Positions 59,931-64,000 of a stretch of 64,000 nucleotides of DNA are shown here, one piece after another. Source of the stretch: Candidatus Nomurabacteria bacterium (GTDB lineage: Bacteria > Patescibacteriota > Minisyncoccia > Phycocordibacterales > UBA9973); NCBI GenBank assembly GCA_031425235.1, contig JANPIZ010000008.1, positions 27,377 to 91,376 on the forward strand. Reading direction: 5' to 3'. The translations under genes and the position numbers were made by a program. Each line of letters opens with the position of its first letter. Within the stretch, counting starts at the first letter, position 1. Below the pieces are notes generated by a model. It was not told where the DNA came from. It ran no database searches and saw only the letters and a list, made by a program, of their open reading frames with translations.

Positions 59931-60134
59931 ATGTTATTGAATAAAAAAGAACTAATTGAAGAGATAAGAGTTGCGCAGGGGGCTGGAAGCACCCTGCCAA
60001 ATAAAATAGAATTGAATGACAAAATAACCACAATGGAATGTGGTTGTGAAAGGAAAAAGAACGAACCAAACTTTTTTCTTTTAGTCAGAGAAAAAAGTTT
60101 AGTTTGTAGCAAGTGCGAAAATAAAATTGTTTAA
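59931..60134 (+). CDS. Small Cys-containing (Zn-ribbon-like) hypothetical protein
   Basis: AAGGAAG SD-like; CGC...CSKC. Confidence 0.5.
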   Translation: MLLNKKELIEEIRVAQGAGSTLPNKIELNDKITTMECGCERKKNEPNFFLLVREKSLVCSKCENKIV

Positions 60135-60184
60135 TTAATTTTATTTTAGCCGACCCAGCGGAATCTGGGGAATAGGAGATAAAA

Positions 60185-60442
60185 ATGTTAGTGGAACACG
60201 AAGGCACTAGAATTGACGACAAAACACATAAAGTGGAACACGAAATAAGAAGAATAAACTTCAGAATGAGAACTGTTTTATGTTCATGTGGTTTTGAGCA
60301 TATTACAGATGAAGGAAAAGTGATCTTTACAACTTACACTTCTTATTGTTGTCAGTCATCGCACACTTTACGATGGGATAAAAAAAGTAAAAAATTAGTG
60401 GAGGCAGAATGTAGCAGACCTCCACACAGGAATCATATTTGA
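60185..60442 (+). CDS. Small Cys/His-rich hypothetical protein
   Basis: AGGAG SD; CSC, CC, H-rich. Confidence 0.55.
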   Translation: MLVEHEGTRIDDKTHKVEHEIRRINFRMRTVLCSCGFEHITDEGKVIFTTYTSYCCQSSHTLRWDKKSKKLVEAECSRPPHRNHI

Positions 60443-60447
60443 AACCA

Positions 60448-60485
60448 GGCGAACGCTCTCAATGAGACGTTCGCCAATTTTTTTT
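60448..60485 (+). terminator. Intrinsic terminator
   Basis: ggcgaacg...cgttcgcc plus T-run. Confidence 0.7.
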
Positions 60486-60507
60486 GTTTGTGATAAAATA
60501 TTTTTAT

Positions 60508-61893
60508 ATGAAAAATCGTGTATATATCAAAGATTTAAAGGATCATGTGGGCAAGGAGATCGTAATTGCGGGCTGGGTGGATGTCAGGCGTGATCAAGGT
60601 AAAATGGTCTTTTTTGATATGCGAGACATGACTGCCAAGGTTCAGTGTGTTACTTTACCAATACATCCCGAAGCTATCACTGTTGCCAAAGAAATTCGCT
60701 CTGAATGGGTTCTAGAGATTAAAGGTTTAGTTAAAGAACGCAATGACAAAAATGCTGAGCAGGGTGGCGGTGTAGAAATAGAAGTTTTAGGTATTGAAAT
60801 TTTAAATAAAGCTGAAACGTTACCATTTGATATTACGACAGATACAGCTACTATAAATGAAGAAACACGTCTAAAATATCGTCATCTTGATTTGCGTTCA
60901 GAGCGAATGCAGAAAAATATCAGAATACGAAGTGAATTTGTAAAAAGAGTCCGTGAATTTTTATTTTCAAAAATGTTCGTGGAAATAGAAACACCACTAC
61001 TGACCGAGTCTACACCAGAAGGGTCAAGAGATTTCGTGGTACCTTCTCGTCTTAACCCAGGTAAATTTTATGCCTTACCTCAATCGCCACAACAATACAA
61101 ACAACTCCTTATGGTGGGTGGCATGGAGAAATATTTTCAAATAGCACGTGCATTGCGTGATGAAGACTTGCGCGCTGATAGAGGATTTGAACACACTCAA
61201 GTAGATGTCGAAATGTCTTTTGTGGAAATGGAAGACGTTATGAATCTAATAGAAGAAATGATGACTACGGTAGTAGAATCTATGGGTTTTACGATAAAGC
61301 AAAAACCATTTCCAAGAATTACTTATAAAGAATCAATAGAAAAATATGGTGCAGATAAATTTGATATGCGTACCGAAGAAGAAAAAAAAGATCCAAAGAT
61401 TCTAGCATATTCATGGGTGATCAATTTCCCATTTTTTGAAAAGACAGATGAAGGTAAGTGGACTTTTACCCATAACCCTTTTTCAATGCCCATACCTGAG
61501 CATATAGATTGGTTGATGAAAGGTGAAAATATAGAAAATATTTTAACAACTCAATACGACCTGGTCTGCAATGGCTATGAATCAGGAGGAGGTTCTATTC
61601 GTGCTCATAAGCCAGAAATTCTAGAAGCGACATACAAAGTTATGGGTTATACAAAAGAAGAAATAGAAGACCGCGTCGGACACATGCTTGATGCTTTTAA
61701 ATATGGTACACCTCCACATGGAGGTATTGCTCTCGGTGTGGAGCGAAATCTGATGAATCTAACAGGGGAATCATATCTTCGTGAAGTTGTAGCATTTCCT
61801 ATGACTCGGGGTGGTAAAACAGCAGTCATGAACGCCCCGAAGCCACTAGAGGAAAAGCAACTGAAAGAACTTGGACTCAAAATAAATAAATAA
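60508..61893 (+). CDS. aspS: Aspartate--tRNA ligase, compact form apparently lacking the GAD insertion
   Basis: GWV-x-x-RRD-x-G, STPEGSRDF, LPQSPQ, RDEDLRADR, HNPF, PPHGGIALG. Confidence 0.95.
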   Translation: MKNRVYIKDLKDHVGKEIVIAGWVDVRRDQGKMVFFDMRDMTAKVQCVTLPIHPEAITVAKEIRSEWVLEIKGLVKERNDKNAEQGGGVEIEVLGIEILNKAETLPFDITTDTATINEETRLKYRHLDLRSERMQKNIRIRSEFVKRVREFLFSKMFVEIETPLLTESTPEGSRDFVVPSRLNPGKFYALPQSPQQYKQLLMVGGMEKYFQIARALRDEDLRADRGFEHTQVDVEMSFVEMEDVMNLIEEMMTTVVESMGFTIKQKPFPRITYKESIEKYGADKFDMRTEEEKKDPKILAYSWVINFPFFEKTDEGKWTFTHNPFSMPIPEHIDWLMKGENIENILTTQYDLVCNGYESGGGSIRAHKPEILEATYKVMGYTKEEIEDRVGHMLDAFKYGTPPHGGIALGVERNLMNLTGESYLREVVAFPMTRGGKTAVMNAPKPLEEKQLKELGLKINK

Positions 61894-61911
61894 TTTGCAA
61901 AGTAAGATAAC

Positions 61912-62238
61912 ATGCAACCCATAATTTCCGGTAAAGTAATACGAGGTGATGCATATGGTAGGAAGCTTGGTTTTCCGACTGTAAATTTGGATACAAAAAT
62001 CTCAGATTTTGTTTCGGGTGTTTATGTAGGTAAAGGTATAATAAATAAAAAGATTTATAGGGCTGGGATCGTTATAAGTGATATAGGGAAAATTGAAGCT
62101 CATTTACTTGGGTACAGAGGAGACGCTTATGGAAAAATTGTAACTTTAGAAATAAAAAAGTTTATAAGAAAATATATAAATTTTGAGACCGAAGAAGAAC
62201 TCATTAATCAAATAAAAAAAGATATTAAATTATGTTAA
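61912..62238 (+). CDS. Stand-alone riboflavin kinase domain
   Basis: GKVIRG-x-x-x-GRKLGFPTVN, GVY, IEAHLL, QIKKD. Confidence 0.88.
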   Translation: MQPIISGKVIRGDAYGRKLGFPTVNLDTKISDFVSGVYVGKGIINKKIYRAGIVISDIGKIEAHLLGYRGDAYGKIVTLEIKKFIRKYINFETEEELINQIKKDIKLC

Positions 62239-63152
62239 AAGAAACACTAGAAAATTATACAGGCCCAGTATTTATAATCATAGCAGCGACATTATGGGCT
62301 TTTGATGGACTTATACGTCAGCATTTATATACACTTCCACCCATAACTATTATTTTCTTTGAACATTTGATTGGTCTTATAATTTTATCTCCATTTGTTT
62401 TAAAATTTGTTTTAAAAACTAAACTCGAAAAGCGTGAATGGGGGCTGATCATTTTAATAGCAATATTAAGCGGACTACTTGGTACTTTGTGGTTTACGAC
62501 AGCGCTTGGTAAAGTTCATTTTATTTCTATCTCTGTGGTTTTTCTATTGCAAAAACTTCAACCAATTTTTGCTATTGGAACAGCGAGAATTTTTCTAAAA
62601 GAAAAATTCTCGCCAGCGTACATAAAATGGGGAATACTTGCTGTAATAGCAGCGTACTTTGTGACATTCCCAAATGGCGTAGTAAACTTAGAAACAGGTG
62701 AGGGCACGGCCATTGCTGCATTGTATGCGCTCGGTGCAGCATTTGCATGGGGAACATCTACTACATTTTCAAAAATGCTTCTCGGTAGAGTTGATTTTAA
62801 AGTGAGCACTTTTTATAGATTTTTATTTACTTTGCTATTTGCCTTACCAGTATTATTTTTGTTTGGTCATTTAAATACGGGCAGTTTAGCAATACCTACA
62901 ACGTCGCAATTTGGATTTTTACTACTCATAGCGATTTCTACAGGGATGGTAGCGCTTCTTATTTATTATAAAGGTCTTGCGAAAACTTCTGTGCACATTT
63001 CTACTATTTTAGAACTCACTTTTCCGTTCATAGCTATTTTCTTAGATATGATGATAAACGGTACGAGACTTTCTATTTCCCAGTGGATAGCTGCATTTGT
63101 TCTTGTATTTAGTATTTACCAAATTGCAAGACTGCGAGAAAATAACCAATAA
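62232..63152 (+). CDS. DMT/EamA family transporter
   Basis: Two EamA-like repeats, about 10 TM helices. Confidence 0.88.
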   Translation: MLKETLENYTGPVFIIIAATLWAFDGLIRQHLYTLPPITIIFFEHLIGLIILSPFVLKFVLKTKLEKREWGLIILIAILSGLLGTLWFTTALGKVHFISISVVFLLQKLQPIFAIGTARIFLKEKFSPAYIKWGILAVIAAYFVTFPNGVVNLETGEGTAIAALYALGAAFAWGTSTTFSKMLLGRVDFKVSTFYRFLFTLLFALPVLFLFGHLNTGSLAIPTTSQFGFLLLIAISTGMVALLIYYKGLAKTSVHISTILELTFPFIAIFLDMMINGTRLSISQWIAAFVLVFSIYQIARLRENNQ

Positions 63153-63156
63153 TTTT

Positions 63157-63504
63157 ATGAGCGAAAAAGATCAAAAAAGCCTAACAAAGAAAAAGTGTGT
63201 TCCGTGTGAGAAAAAAGATATGAAACCAATGAGCCGCGAAGATGCACAAGACTATGTGGATGAGTCGTATCACTGGATACTCTCAGAAGATGCAAAGAAG
63301 ATTTCTAAAGAATATAAATTTCAAGATTTCATAGGCGCGATAAATTTTGTTGAGCGTGTTGCTGATGTAGCAGAAGAAGAAGGACATCATCCTGATATTC
63401 ATGTGCATTACAATAAAGTCACTCTCGAACTCTGGACGCACGCTATAGATGGTCTATCAGTAAATGATTTTATCGTAGCTGCGAAAGTAGATGCGATGCA
63501 GTAA
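63157..63504 (+). CDS. Pterin-4a-carbinolamine dehydratase
   Basis: CVPC, AEEEGHHPDI, WTHAIDGLS-x-NDFI-x-AAK. Confidence 0.92.
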   Translation: MSEKDQKSLTKKKCVPCEKKDMKPMSREDAQDYVDESYHWILSEDAKKISKEYKFQDFIGAINFVERVADVAEEEGHHPDIHVHYNKVTLELWTHAIDGLSVNDFIVAAKVDAMQ

Positions 63505-63518
63505 ATAAATCTAAAATA

Positions 63519-63550
63519 AAAAGCTACTTTACCAAGGTAAAGTAGCTTTT
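63519..63550. terminator. Bidirectional terminator
   Basis: aaaagctactttacc-aa-ggtaaagtagctttt. Confidence 0.8.
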
Positions 63551-63569
63551 GAGATTTTTTTAAAAAACA

Positions 63570-63845
63570 TTAATGTCCATACTTGGCGGGTCCACAAGTA
63601 ATCCCTACAATCTCTTTTTGTTCCGGTGTTTCAAGCCAACCCGCCCAAATTTCGCCGTCTTCAAAGCGTTTGTAGCAAAACTCTCTTCCTTCTTTTGGTA
63701 AAGAGCCATCTTTAGCCAGTTCGTTTATGTTGGTAAAAACCCACACTTTACATCCATCCGCTAAAGCTTTTTTACAACCTTCCACATTTTCTTTAGAGAT
63801 TGTATCTTCAAATCGATCTAGTTCTTCAGATTTTTTAATTAACAT
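63570..63845 (-). CDS. Hypothetical protein
   Basis: 91-aa ORF with an AAAGGAG SD. Confidence 0.6.
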   Translation of the reverse strand: MLIKKSEELDRFEDTISKENVEGCKKALADGCKVWVFTNINELAKDGSLPKEGREFCYKRFEDGEIWAGWLETPEQKEIVGITCGPAKYGH

Positions 63846-64000
63846 TTTTCTCCTTTTTAAAGAACAATTTTTAGCATTTAATAGGTAGCTAAAATCAAAA
63901 CCACTTCCTAAAGAAACTTAGGAAGGGGTTGGTTTCGAAATAATTTTCAAGATGATTAATGACTCAAAGACAACCCTTTCCTAAGTTTGGAAGAGTTGTG

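Overview
Low-GC bacterial chromosome segment. Short IF2, AlaRS and AspRS, CPR-typical hypotheticals and almost no Shine-Dalgarno motifs suggest Patescibacteria/CPR, probably Parcubacteria (inference). The backbone is housekeeping: five tRNAs, rbfA-infB, iscS, clpB, typA, mltG-mnmA, alaS, infA to rpsI, grpE/dnaK/dnaJ, cysS, rplU, recR, dnaB, trpS, aspS. Five accessory signals stand out. (1) Five paralogous 550-600 aa Cys-rich zinc-ribbon/solenoid genes, all ending VYCE(K/Q)CYQQEVY, are interleaved with two VirD4/HerA-like ATPases and TrmB- and PaaX-like regulators inside the grpE-dnaK-dnaJ cluster. (2) An apparent TrpR operator, WW leader peptide and attenuator sit in front of non-trp genes. 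(3) Several families of short palindromic elements occur, some inserted in frame in mnmA, recR and cysS. (4) A duplicated small-helical plus conserved-N/variable-C gene pair lies near a JAB-motif gene. (5) There are miniature tRNA-3'-end elements and a candidate sRNA. All family assignments come from reading motifs by eye; no searches were run.
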